A DNA stretch of 64,000 nt from Cryomorphaceae bacterium (GTDB taxonomy: Bacteria; Bacteroidota; Bacteroidia; Flavobacteriales; Schleiferiaceae). Shown here piece by piece: positions 1 to 9,062 of this stretch; the stretch's first letter is position 1; the number at the start of each line of letters is the position of its first letter. The stretch spans positions 16,746 through 80,745 of the forward strand of contig JAYOSU010000001.1 in the NCBI GenBank assembly GCA_038139395.1, in the 5' to 3' direction. The notes below the pieces were generated by a model, which was given only the letters and a program-made list of their open reading frames with translations, was not told where the DNA came from and did no database searches. The translations under genes were made by a program, and so were the position numbers.

Positions 1-1033
1 TGCTATTCAAATCAATATCTTCTGCAATTCCCTTTAATTGGTATATATTTTCATCTTCTGCAAGCGCATTTGAATAAGATTCTAAATTTGAACCCGATCC
101 TATTAAAGGGTTTTCACGTATTGCAAACAATGCACCTGCGGTATCATAGAATCTTTGGGAAACAGAACCTAGTTTACGAGAATCCTCAAAGAACGACGAG
201 ATATTTATAACGAAAAAAGTGGTGATGATAGGCACACCAATTATTAGCATTCCCAACCGCAACCTAATCAGTTTCTTTTTAAAAACCTTGGATGCGCTCG
301 AATTAGGTAAAAATGTAAAAAGTAAAATGATTAATGCAGATAATAGCAATCCTGTGGATGACCATGCCATAATCATAGCCAACAAGCCAAGAATGATATT
401 TAGAATCTTGAAACGTAGGAAAATGTTTATGTATAGAAATACTGCAACATAATTCACAAACACACTAGGTTCCCAAAATATCCCATGTGCACGCTCCAAG
501 CCTAAACCAAGGACATTACTAGATATGGCATAACCATTTATATCTGTACTGTTACGAACTGCAAATAAAATATTAGGACCTTGAAAAAGTGCTGATCCGT
601 CCGAAGAAGAATATACAACATTAGTCGTGCCTACCATTTTTACCACAAAAACACTAACTATGGCGTGGACGATGAAAATGAATAAAACTGAATTAACATT
701 CTTAACAAAAGATAATTCACGTGACAAAAATCGCTTAGCCAATAAGTAAGCAAGTAAAACGTCAACTAGAGAGCGAAGAAACTGTGTACTCATCAGTTGG
801 TAATTAACCTGGGTAACCGAATGCACTAACTGAAAGGAGATTAAAGCGAGTAATATCAATCCTACGCGCATTACTTCTTTAAGTTCAAACCCCTCTTTAT
901 ACGTTAGCAAGAAGGTAACTAGAAGAACAAAAATTGTATAATACGTTTGTAAACCCGATAATTTGATGAAGGTTCCTCCACCGAGAATCATCAAAATGAC
1001 GAATAAACTATCCTTATTAAAATTTGTCTCCAT
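1..1033 (-). CDS. Wzy-type polysaccharide polymerase / O-antigen-ligase-like polytopic membrane protein (partial; 3' end lies beyond the window start)
   Basis: Absent from the ORF track because it has no stop inside the window. I walked the minus-strand frame from the ATG at 1033..1031 down to position 2 and found no stop (344 codons). The translation starts METNFNKDSLFVILMILGGGTFIKLSG... and is mostly hydrophobic segments. It lies 7 nt downstream of the sulfotransferase at 1041..1952, in the same operon as wzx/wzc. The family call rests on context and topology, not a motif. Confidence 0.55.
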   Translation of the reverse strand, partial: METNFNKDSLFVILMILGGGTFIKLSGLQTYYTIFVLLVTFLLTYKEGFELKEVMRVGLILLALISFQLVHSVTQVNYQLMSTQFLRSLVDVLLAYLLAKRFLSRELSFVKNVNSVLFIFIVHAIVSVFVVKMVGTTNVVYSSSDGSALFQGPNILFAVRNSTDINGYAISSNVLGLGLERAHGIFWEPSVFVNYVAVFLYINIFLRFKILNIILGLLAMIMAWSSTGLLLSALIILLFTFLPNSSASKVFKKKLIRLRLGMLIIGVPIITTFFVINISSFFEDSRKLGSVSQRFYDTAGALFAIRENPLIGSGSNLESYSNALAEDENIYQLKGIAEDIDLNS

Positions 1034-1040
1034 TCTTTCC

Positions 1041-1952
1041 CTACGCTGACCAAGGCAATTTTCTTCCCAAAAGTCGCTCTAATTCCTTTTGATCTTCTCT
1101 ATAAAAGTCTTTCAGGGTTTGTTTCAAATCATCTGAAATTTCAATTCCCGAATTCTTTCTTTGATTCATTCCTCGTAGCTTATCTCTTATCAATAGTAGC
1201 CTATCTTCACTCATAAAAGATCGCAATGCCTTTGCGAAGGCGCTTCGTAATGGATTCTTAGTCATTAAAAAATTATGAACAGCTCGATTTCTTGGTATAC
1301 CGCTTTTATTAAAGGTCAAATCTTCACCTAATTCACTAGAAGAAATCCCCAAAAATTGATATACCTTGTCCATTTGACCAGTTGGATCAGCAATCAAGTC
1401 CTCAAAAAACATAACATGAACATGATCAAAGGCCTCCATGAAAGCCTTAATACCTTCCGCATACAGCCCTTGTTGCTTGTAAGCGAAAATGGAAGACCAA
1501 TTCTCTGATAATCGATATTCTTCTAACTCTAAGGCTTTTGTTAATTCTTGATTTTCAAAGCCAAGTTCAACTATATACTGATACTGCGATTTTAAGCGGC
1601 TAACAGGTTCCCGAAGGATAAAAAGTATTTTAGTCTCTCTACCGCTATACTCGAGGATATTCTCAATAGCATTTTCATATTGAAATAAATAGGAAATAGA
1701 GCTGTCTCCTAGAATCTTACAATTCACTTGATCATAGAGATGACTATAGCTTTGCTCGTCTAAAACAAGATATTCAAGTTGTCTTTGATAATTTGGCGAA
1801 TCTTTTGATAAGGCTTGATAGAATTCCTTTATCATAAAACCAGGTTCCTTTATTTTAGGAAAAAAAACATCATGATGCGGATTTAAGTATCGGAATAAGG
1901 TTGTGCTTCCACATTTGGGTGCACCTGCAATAATAAAGTTTGGAGCATTCAT
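1041..1952 (-). CDS. PAPS-dependent sulfotransferase (Sulfotransfer_1-like)
   Basis: 303 aa. N-terminal 5'-PSB loop GAPKCGSTTL and a 3'-PB-like block LREPVSRLKSQY. ATG at 1952, 6 nt after the upstream gene. Confidence 0.85.
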   Translation of the reverse strand: MNAPNFIIAGAPKCGSTTLFRYLNPHHDVFFPKIKEPGFMIKEFYQALSKDSPNYQRQLEYLVLDEQSYSHLYDQVNCKILGDSSISYLFQYENAIENILEYSGRETKILFILREPVSRLKSQYQYIVELGFENQELTKALELEEYRLSENWSSIFAYKQQGLYAEGIKAFMEAFDHVHVMFFEDLIADPTGQMDKVYQFLGISSSELGEDLTFNKSGIPRNRAVHNFLMTKNPLRSAFAKALRSFMSEDRLLLIRDKLRGMNQRKNSGIEISDDLKQTLKDFYREDQKELERLLGRKLPWSA

Positions 1953-1958
1953 ATTCTA

Positions 1959-2690
1959 TTACAATTTGTGACCACGAATCCCACGCCGGATGTATCTCCA
2001 ACTGATAATTCTTATCAAATGCCAAATCTTATATTGAAACCTATCCCAATTGGATGGATTAGACGTTCCCCAATCCTCGGGAAAGCAATATTCTGAGTTT
2101 TCTAAAAACGGACCCATTTTTTTTACTGCTAGTTTTCTAATTTTGACCGAATCATAAAACTCGATATACCCCTCCTTTTTATCGGTTGCATTGAATCTAG
2201 GGAGTTTTCTAACTAATGGAATACCTAGCTGGGTTAAAACCTTTTCAAAGTCGCTTTCCAAGGTTTCAAATTTCATTACATAATTTAACTTACTATGGTC
2301 AAGCGAGGATACTTCATCATATATTTTAGAATGCTGTAAAAATTGTTCATAGCTCCACCCCCTTTTCACTCTGCGATATTTCACTCTGTCGCGTATTTGG
2401 AAAATGGCCTTTCGCGGATCTGCGTTCAATTTTTGAGTAAAGCGCTCATTATGATTGTTGAGCATCTTTTGATAATTACTTACCATTTTATCCAATGGGT
2501 GCCTAACACCTGAGAATACGAAGTATTTTCGTTGTTCATTATTTGCATTTGCCAAAAAAGTAGAATAAACAGCGTGCTTGGATAATATGGCCCTGCCTTC
2601 ATATTTTTCTACCAATTCTTTTGCGACAGCGGAACTGCCTGTCATTGGCGTTTGAATAAATACATACCTGTATCTGTCCGAAATAATCAT
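1959..2690 (-). CDS. Sulfotransferase-fold protein (Sulfotransfer_2-like) with a non-canonical PAPS loop
   Basis: 243 aa. IQTPMTGSSAV sits where family 2 enzymes have PKxGxTS, so Lys appears replaced by Met. The VRHPLDKMVSNY block is typical of carbohydrate sulfotransferase family 2. The start overlaps the upstream stop (ATGA at 2687..2690). Confidence 0.65.
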   Translation of the reverse strand: MIISDRYRYVFIQTPMTGSSAVAKELVEKYEGRAILSKHAVYSTFLANANNEQRKYFVFSGVRHPLDKMVSNYQKMLNNHNERFTQKLNADPRKAIFQIRDRVKYRRVKRGWSYEQFLQHSKIYDEVSSLDHSKLNYVMKFETLESDFEKVLTQLGIPLVRKLPRFNATDKKEGYIEFYDSVKIRKLAVKKMGPFLENSEYCFPEDWGTSNPSNWDRFQYKIWHLIRIISWRYIRRGIRGHKL

Positions 2691-3595
2691 TTTCTATTTC
2701 TCGTTAAATAAGACCTAATTATAGCTAAACCATCAATAGTGCCCTGCCAAAAATTCAGATATGCCCACCAACTTATTTTTTTAAAGTCATCTTTTACTAA
2801 AGATTTGGATGTTCCTGAAAGATGGAAATAGTCATCAGATGTTGCTGAAAATATTTTTCTGAAAATCAGATACTTTATTGGACTATTAATCGTCTGGTAC
2901 CATAACGATTTTTCTGATCGAATACCTTCATTTTGCATCATAGCCTTTGGATCACCCATTGTGCCATCAACCTCAACATGTTTGATCTTTTGTGAATCAA
3001 TATCATCAAGATGTAAAAATGACCTCAGCTGCACAACACAATCCGATTCTGAATAAATTAAATCGTTGTAATCCATATGGAAAACATTGTCATCGTCAGT
3101 TTGAAGGTTTTTGGAAATAGCTTTTACGCTTTGATACAAATCCATTTTGTATCTGTAATAGGCATGAAAAGTGTCGTTATGTGCAGCGAGTTTGGACGAA
3201 AGAATTTCTAATGGATTTCGGGTCAGGAATATGAATTTGGCCTGTGGAAAAAGTTTTCTTAATTGCTCAACAATCAAATAATATCTTGGTGTTTTGTCTA
3301 AAAAATAGCCACCATCCGGAGCCAACAAAGAATAAACTTCTTGTACCATCTTCGCAATTTCATTATCCAGACTACTGCCTGCTTCCCTTTTAAAGTATGA
3401 GTCAAAATCATGGATTGCCTTTGCCGCAATTCGTTTATTGTAGGATTCATACCCTTGGTTAGACTTGTACTTAAGTAAAGGCAAAAGCCACCAAGGCTCT
3501 GCAGCCGTTTTAATATTTGCTGAAGTGACCAAGAGCTTTTGCAAAAGGGTGCTACCGCTCCTAGGTGCTGAAATCAAAAAGATTATTTGCTTCAT
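2687..3595 (-). CDS. PAPS-dependent sulfotransferase
   Basis: 302 aa. 5'-PSB loop SAPRSGSTLLQKLL and a 3'-PB-like FLTRNPLEILSS. The start overlaps the wzx stop (ATGA at 3592..3595). Confidence 0.8.
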   Translation of the reverse strand: MKQIIFLISAPRSGSTLLQKLLVTSANIKTAAEPWWLLPLLKYKSNQGYESYNKRIAAKAIHDFDSYFKREAGSSLDNEIAKMVQEVYSLLAPDGGYFLDKTPRYYLIVEQLRKLFPQAKFIFLTRNPLEILSSKLAAHNDTFHAYYRYKMDLYQSVKAISKNLQTDDDNVFHMDYNDLIYSESDCVVQLRSFLHLDDIDSQKIKHVEVDGTMGDPKAMMQNEGIRSEKSLWYQTINSPIKYLIFRKIFSATSDDYFHLSGTSKSLVKDDFKKISWWAYLNFWQGTIDGLAIIRSYLTRNRK

Positions 3596-4917
3596 TTGTT
3601 CATGATATTAGGTAGGCTTAAAACCTTCTTATACATGAAGAAAACCTTTGCAAGGTTAGAAAACAACATTATTGATGCAAAGCTAATTGCGGCGCCCTCT
3701 ATTCCAGATTTAAGCGTAAGTATAAAGCCTAATGTTACCTGCAGTAGAACTGAAACGATATTGATTTTAGAATGAATAGCTTCCTGTCCAGTCATTGCCA
3801 AAATGGGACCCGCGATAGATGTAGCAGCATTGATTAAAAATCCAAAGGCTACAATTATCAGTGACCTATACACTTTATACTCATCAATATTCCATACTAA
3901 GAGAATGTCCTGACCAAAAAATAACACGAACAAAAAGAACAATAATCCTAATACGCCTGCTAACAGACCTATTTTAAGGAATGCCTCCTTTAAATACTGA
4001 ATATCACCTTCTGCGTATTTCTTAGCAATTCTTGGCATGGAAGAACGCTGAAATGCAATCAATATAAAAGCTATTGGCGTAGCAATTTTCATCAAAATAT
4101 TGAATACTCCTACATCTACGGGCGTAGCAGTGAATCCCAATACCAATGAATTTATGGTATTGTAGGAATAAGAGGTTAGCGCAATAAGCAAGAAACTTCT
4201 TCTAGATGTCTTCGAGTCAAATCCGGATTGCTTGGTTATACTATCTCCACCGTGATTGCGAATACCTATATTCAGGTGCAGACCTCTCTTTAGATATAAA
4301 GAAAAAATAACATACATTACAAATCTAGCTAATACATAGCATGAGACCACAGCACATAAATCCAAACTAAGGCCCAATAGATTCAGAGCAAACAAGGAAA
4401 TTAAAAGTAAGGTGCTCGTAAGTGTTTGCTCCGTTAAGTTAGCTTGCCAAACTTTTTTCATACCCAACAATACACTCGAAAATATTCTAGAGACTGTTTG
4501 AGGTACCAACCCAAGGGTTAGAATGATAAATGGCAACACAAATGAAGGGCTATCAAATAATACATTAAATAACGGGTAAGCCGAAACGAATAAGAACAGC
4601 ATCATCAGTGCAGACCTCGAAAAAATATAACGATGAAGCCTAGAAGTGTAAAATGCCACCTTTGTTTTATCTTCTCTTATTTTACTCACCTCACGAGTAG
4701 TGATTTGGTTGTAACCGGCAAGAATAAACAACAGGGAATAGTTTAGAATCTGATTTCCCAATGAAATAAGGCCATAGGCTCCTTTACCAATAACTCTAGT
4801 AATGTAAATGCTCAATGCTATCGTCATCATAGCGCCAACAACTTTTACAAACATTACCAATAAAGCATCGGAACCGAAAGAATCCTTTTTAACCGCTTGT
4901 TTAATTTGACCCTTCAT
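3592..4917 (-). CDS. wzx: Wzx-type oligosaccharide flippase (MOP/PST family polysaccharide biosynthesis protein)
   Basis: 441 aa, highly hydrophobic with roughly 12 predicted helices. Positioned between wzc and the sulfotransferases, 17 nt downstream of the wzc stop. Confidence 0.8.
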   Translation of the reverse strand: MKGQIKQAVKKDSFGSDALLVMFVKVVGAMMTIALSIYITRVIGKGAYGLISLGNQILNYSLLFILAGYNQITTREVSKIREDKTKVAFYTSRLHRYIFSRSALMMLFLFVSAYPLFNVLFDSPSFVLPFIILTLGLVPQTVSRIFSSVLLGMKKVWQANLTEQTLTSTLLLISLFALNLLGLSLDLCAVVSCYVLARFVMYVIFSLYLKRGLHLNIGIRNHGGDSITKQSGFDSKTSRRSFLLIALTSYSYNTINSLVLGFTATPVDVGVFNILMKIATPIAFILIAFQRSSMPRIAKKYAEGDIQYLKEAFLKIGLLAGVLGLLFFLFVLFFGQDILLVWNIDEYKVYRSLIIVAFGFLINAATSIAGPILAMTGQEAIHSKINIVSVLLQVTLGFILTLKSGIEGAAISFASIMLFSNLAKVFFMYKKVLSLPNIMNK

Positions 4918-4934
4918 ATTTTTAATGGGACTGT

Positions 4935-7379
4935 CTAGTTATCGTAGTAACCATAGCCATAACCGTAGCCGTAGCCGTAGCCGTAGCCGTAACCGTAGCC
5001 GTAACCGTAACCGTAACCGTAACCACCGCCTGCAGAAACCCCATTAAAAACTAAACCTACATTGCTCAATTCGCCATGTCTGTATTGATCATCTAAAAAG
5101 GATATGCTTTCAATATTGGTATAGTTGAATCGGGTAACGTAAAATAGTCCATCTAAATGGGGTTCCATTTGTAAAGCATCAGTGACAAGGCCGATAGGCG
5201 GTGTATCAACTATGATATAATCATACTTTTTTCGTAACAACTTTATAAGTGATTCAAAATTTTTATTTTGAATTAGCTCAGATGGATTGGGTGGAATAGG
5301 GCCCGCACTCAATAGCGAGAGATTATCATATTTTGTTTGCAGTATACAATCTTGCAATTCAACCTGATTCGATAAATATGTAGAAAGACCTATACTATTA
5401 CTAAGTTCAAAATCATCAAATATTTTCGGCTTTCTCATATCGCCGCCGATTAAAAGAACATTATCTCCTCCTAAGGCAAGAACAGATGCAAGGTTAATGG
5501 ATGTAAACGTCTTTCCCTCACCGCCAATAGATGAGGTAACGCCAATTACCATGCCTTTTCCGTTTTCCGGCTCCCGCATAATAAATTTTATTTTCGTTCT
5601 TAGTGAACGATAAGCCTCGGAAATTGAACTTTTGGGCTTTTTTAATACAACAAGATTAGTTCCGTAATCTGAGAGAGGTATCATTCCAGCTACAGGCACT
5701 ATGGTGGCCTTCTCTAGATCTCTTTTACTTTTGATTTTATTATCGAATAAATTAATGAGAAGAATTACCACAATAGGAATAAATAAACCGAAAAAGAAAG
5801 CTGTTAAATAGTTCAATAAACGATTAGGTGCTATCTCTCTTTGACTCCTATTGACAGCAGGATCAATCACTTTGGTATCTGGAACGTTGGAGGCTCTTAA
5901 TATCCCGGCTTCAGAACGTTTTTCCAATAGTAACTGATATTGTCCACCTCGCACCTCATACTTTCTTTGAATATTAATCAACTGTTGTTCTGTTGACGGC
6001 AACTTTGACATCTTTGCTTCAGCAACTTCAATACGTTCATTAACATCCTTTAAGACTATGTAGGAAGAACTCAGTGCATTATTGGTTGCATTTAAAAGCG
6101 CTTGCCTAGAATAAGCAACCTCATTTTCTAAATCTCGTCGTGCAGGGTTATTTCTTTCCAAAGTGAGTTGAACGCGCTCTAAAGCAATGCTGCTAGAAAC
6201 TAATTGCTCGGCAAGCTGTATTACAATTGGGTCATCAAAAGCGCCCATTGATGGAATGGAAAGACCCGAAAAATTTTGTTCATTCTGCAAAAAGTCGATA
6301 ACATATAAGTAGAACGATCTTTTTAATGTCAGAGCTGACTTTTCTTGCTCCAATGCTATGAAATATTCGAGCATTTGCTCCGACTTCGTATTTAAATCAA
6401 TGATCAGGTTCTGTGAACGAAAATCCTCTAATGCCGATTCACTATCCTTTAGGGCGGATTCAATAATTAATAATTGCCCATCAATAAATTCAATGGTATT
6501 GATAGCCATTTGATTTTTCTGTCTGAGCTCATAGGCTTGCAATTCAGCTACGCTTGCATTGAGATAATCCGCTAATTTCTGTCGATGATTGCCTTTCATT
6601 TCTATGGTAAGCAAAGAGGATTTGTCCCTCTCGTCGCTGCGCATAGTTAGATTCTTAATAGCCCATTGCGATACATTATCATAAGACCTAAAAAGAAATG
6701 ATCGAGTCCGGTCGTCCTCAATATTAAAACCTGAACCTTTTAATATTCTAAATCGATAAAATTCAGATTCAACCCATTGTCCCCATGAGACAAAACCAAG
6801 ATCAGCCTCTAAATCCAATTCTTTAGGCAGCGCGGTCTGAGAATTAGTCGTGTAGTCAATACTCGATAGGTTTTTCCCTTCTTGTTCCGTTGTGATGTTC
6901 AAACCATCTTCTGATATTGATAAATCAAATCGTAGCCCACCAATCTGCGGGTGATTTTCATCCCAATCTATTTGTATGAAGTTCTGACCATAAGCCTCTC
7001 TGCGGCCCAATGTGCCTTGTGCAAAAACCTGAAGTTCCCAACCAAGCTGCTTGGCCACCCTATTGTTATGGGCGAAAGAGGTTAGTATGGCCTTTCTAGT
7101 ATCTACAACACCTGTACCGCCAAGCGAAAAAGCAAATTCTAACGAATTATCCGAGGAAGCCAAAGGGTTGACAGATTCTTCAACCGCTGCTGTCATACTC
7201 AACTTATAGGTGTTTGGAGTGTACTTATTCACCGCAAAAGCTATCATGAGCGCTACGAGTATGCTGGCAAGAATAAATGGCCACCTTGCGATTAACAAAT
7301 AACCAATTCGCAAAAAGTCTCGCAGGCCAACCTCAGTATCTTTCTCTTTCTTTGTTCCGAAATTATATTCTTCAGCCAT
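4935..7379 (-). CDS. wzc: Polysaccharide co-polymerase / bacterial tyrosine autokinase (Wzc family)
   Basis: 814 aa. An N-terminal TM segment, a long coiled Wzz/GumC-like region and a second TM segment (FFFGLFIPIVVILLINLF). The P-loop kinase then shows Walker A GVTSSIGGEGKT, A' LLIGGDMRKP and B YDYIIVDTPP. The C-terminal Tyr tail is (GY)13-YDN. Confidence 0.92.
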   Translation of the reverse strand: MAEEYNFGTKKEKDTEVGLRDFLRIGYLLIARWPFILASILVALMIAFAVNKYTPNTYKLSMTAAVEESVNPLASSDNSLEFAFSLGGTGVVDTRKAILTSFAHNNRVAKQLGWELQVFAQGTLGRREAYGQNFIQIDWDENHPQIGGLRFDLSISEDGLNITTEQEGKNLSSIDYTTNSQTALPKELDLEADLGFVSWGQWVESEFYRFRILKGSGFNIEDDRTRSFLFRSYDNVSQWAIKNLTMRSDERDKSSLLTIEMKGNHRQKLADYLNASVAELQAYELRQKNQMAINTIEFIDGQLLIIESALKDSESALEDFRSQNLIIDLNTKSEQMLEYFIALEQEKSALTLKRSFYLYVIDFLQNEQNFSGLSIPSMGAFDDPIVIQLAEQLVSSSIALERVQLTLERNNPARRDLENEVAYSRQALLNATNNALSSSYIVLKDVNERIEVAEAKMSKLPSTEQQLINIQRKYEVRGGQYQLLLEKRSEAGILRASNVPDTKVIDPAVNRSQREIAPNRLLNYLTAFFFGLFIPIVVILLINLFDNKIKSKRDLEKATIVPVAGMIPLSDYGTNLVVLKKPKSSISEAYRSLRTKIKFIMREPENGKGMVIGVTSSIGGEGKTFTSINLASVLALGGDNVLLIGGDMRKPKIFDDFELSNSIGLSTYLSNQVELQDCILQTKYDNLSLLSAGPIPPNPSELIQNKNFESLIKLLRKKYDYIIVDTPPIGLVTDALQMEPHLDGLFYVTRFNYTNIESISFLDDQYRHGELSNVGLVFNGVSAGGGYGYGYGYGYGYGYGYGYGYGYGYGYYDN
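4947..5024 (-). repeat. Hexanucleotide tandem repeat (GGYTAY)x13 encoding the Gly-Tyr tail of Wzc
   Basis: Read codon by codon. The coding strand from 5024 down to 4947 is 4x GGTTAC, GGCTAC, GGTTAC, 4x GGCTAC, GGTTAT, GGCTAT, GGTTAC, followed by TAC GAT AAC TAG. Confidence 0.95.
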
Positions 7380-7557
7380 AAATATTGGTGGGTAGTTGGA
7401 CCAAGAGGTTTGTTAATCCTTCAAATGAAATAGATAAAACCATTAGTACCATCAAGATAGTTTTGTTCAACGTGTTCAAGCTTTACGCAGACTAATCATC
7501 TTATAATGAATCAAGGATTGGTCAGCATCTGCTATCAACGGTGCAAAATAGCAAATA

Positions 7558-7591
7558 AAAAGGCCGAATTCAATAATGAATCCGGCCTTTT
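7558..7591 (-). terminator. Rho-independent terminator after the SPFH gene
   Basis: Hairpin GGCCGAATTCA / TGAATCCGGCC (one mismatch, loop ATAA), extended by A/T pairs. On the minus strand it is followed by TTTTTATTT. It lies 23 nt downstream of the stop at 7614. Confidence 0.65.
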
Positions 7592-7613
7592 ACCCTATAA
7601 TATTCGTAATAGG

Positions 7614-8387
7614 TTACTTTCCGTCCTCAGATATGAGAACTGGTGCTTTACCATCCGTAATGATAAGTTTGGCATTTGGTGAAGCACTTAGCTTTTCAAG
7701 CACTTCTAATGAACGCCATTTAATAATTTCTTCAGATAAACCTTCAGCAAGCACTTGCTGTGCGTCTCGCACACCCTGTGCCTCAATCTTTTTGCGTTGA
7801 GCTTCAAGGCGTTCTTGTTCGAGCTCAAACTCCATTCTTTGAGCAATCTGCTCTGCTTCTAATTTACTTTCAATGGCCTCATACAGGCCTGAAGGCAGAG
7901 AAATTGACTTCATGAGAACAGATTCAATAACAAAGCCTCTATCCGCAATTAGACTATCCATGTGATCCTTTATGGCATCTTCTATTACGGATCTTTGACC
8001 ACTATGCATATCCTTGGCCATATAACGAGAACAAACGTCTGCTGCTGCAGAGCGGAATACGGAGAGAATCATCACATCTTCGTATCGTTCACCAACCGTT
8101 TGAATGACATTAGGTGCTTGGTTGGATTCAATGTGATAAAGAATCGAAATTTCAGCAAGTACATTTAGACCTTCTTTTGAGGGTAGATTTAATCTTACTT
8201 CAAGGTTTACCGTACGAGTAGGTACTACTACAACTCTTGTTATAAATGGGTTAACACTTATTATTCCCGGCTGATATACCCGTGGTTTCAACTTACCAAG
8301 GGTTGACTTAACCCCAACATAACCTGGATTAACAACCACACAAGAAGAAAGAACGGCCAATCCTAGTATTGCAAAAATTTTTCTCAT
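7614..8387 (-). CDS. SPFH/band-7 (prohibitin/HflC-like) domain lipoprotein
   Basis: 257 aa. Lipoprotein signal MRKIFAILGLAVLSSC, then an SPFH-like core (VNPGYVGVKSTLGK...) and a C-terminal coiled Glu/Gln/Ala-rich segment. Confidence 0.85.
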   Translation of the reverse strand: MRKIFAILGLAVLSSCVVVNPGYVGVKSTLGKLKPRVYQPGIISVNPFITRVVVVPTRTVNLEVRLNLPSKEGLNVLAEISILYHIESNQAPNVIQTVGERYEDVMILSVFRSAAADVCSRYMAKDMHSGQRSVIEDAIKDHMDSLIADRGFVIESVLMKSISLPSGLYEAIESKLEAEQIAQRMEFELEQERLEAQRKKIEAQGVRDAQQVLAEGLSEEIIKWRSLEVLEKLSASPNAKLIITDGKAPVLISEDGK

Positions 8388-8460
8388 TTTCCTACCATTT
8401 AGTTTTCATATGGCAGTCAAATATTACGCCAAAAATAGTCAAGAGAACAAAATCTTTTAT

Positions 8461-8473
8461 GCAACATTGTTGC
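8461..8473. promoter_or_regulatory. Perfect 6-1-6 palindrome GCAACA-T-TGTTGC, candidate operator of the downstream Fur-family regulator
   Basis: Read directly. It ends 44 nt upstream of the ATG at 8517, just before the TTTG repeats and a TATATTCG (-7-like) box. Confidence 0.35.
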
Positions 8474-8516
8474 GTTTGCGTTTGATTATTCTATATTCGC
8501 TGAAAATTAACGAACA

Positions 8517-9062
8517 ATGAAAGCAATTAAACTCATTCCACTATCAATCCTTTCCATAGCATTATTCTCATGTGAGCCGAACGACCCTGTTGACCCAAAT
8601 GAAGAAGAATTAATTACCACTTTTAATGTTGACCTAGAGGCTAATGGATTTACCTACACACTTAACTACACAGACTTAGACGGTGATGGCGGTAACGCTC
8701 CTATTTTAACGATAGATTCTCTATCTGCGAATACAACCTATTCTGGTTCTATAACATTGTTTAATGAAAGTGAAACTCCAACGGAAGAAATTACTCCTGA
8801 AGTTTTTGATGAAGCTAACGATCATCAATTCTTTTTTAGTTCGAGCGGTTCATCTTCGTTTGTCTACAGTGATCAAGATGATAACGGTAACCCATTAGGT
8901 TTATCCTTTGAAGTAACTACCGGTAATGCTGCTAATGAAACCTTTACCTTTGTGCTAAGGCATGAGCCAGATAAATCTGCAGCAGGGGTAAGTTCAGGTG
9001 ATATCACAAATGCTGGAGGTGAAACAGACATTGAGGTTTCATTTGATGTAATTATTGAATAA
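8517..9062 (+). CDS. Acidic lipoprotein of unknown function, first gene of a TonB-receptor operon
   Basis: 181 aa. Lipobox LSIALFSC, Asp/Glu-rich, with DLDGDGGNAP and DQDDNGNP motifs. Its stop overlaps the TTG start of the receptor gene. Confidence 0.6.
   Translation: MKAIKLIPLSILSIALFSCEPNDPVDPNEEELITTFNVDLEANGFTYTLNYTDLDGDGGNAPILTIDSLSANTTYSGSITLFNESETPTEEITPEVFDEANDHQFFFSSSGSSSFVYSDQDDNGNPLGLSFEVTTGNAANETFTFVLRHEPDKSAAGVSSGDITNAGGETDIEVSFDVIIE

Noticed and set aside
219-452. 77-aa plus-strand ORF from the track
   Set aside because: It lies entirely antisense to the open minus-strand Wzy-like reading frame (1..1033). It has a low-complexity composition and no start context or family resemblance. 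I treat it as a shadow ORF.
3587-3775. 62-aa plus-strand ORF
   Set aside because: Antisense to the 3' end of wzx, and it spans the wzx/sulfotransferase junction. Shadow ORF.
7576-8168. Plus-strand ORFs 7576..7800 and 7962..8168
   Set aside because: Both are antisense to the well-supported SPFH gene and have no recognisable features.
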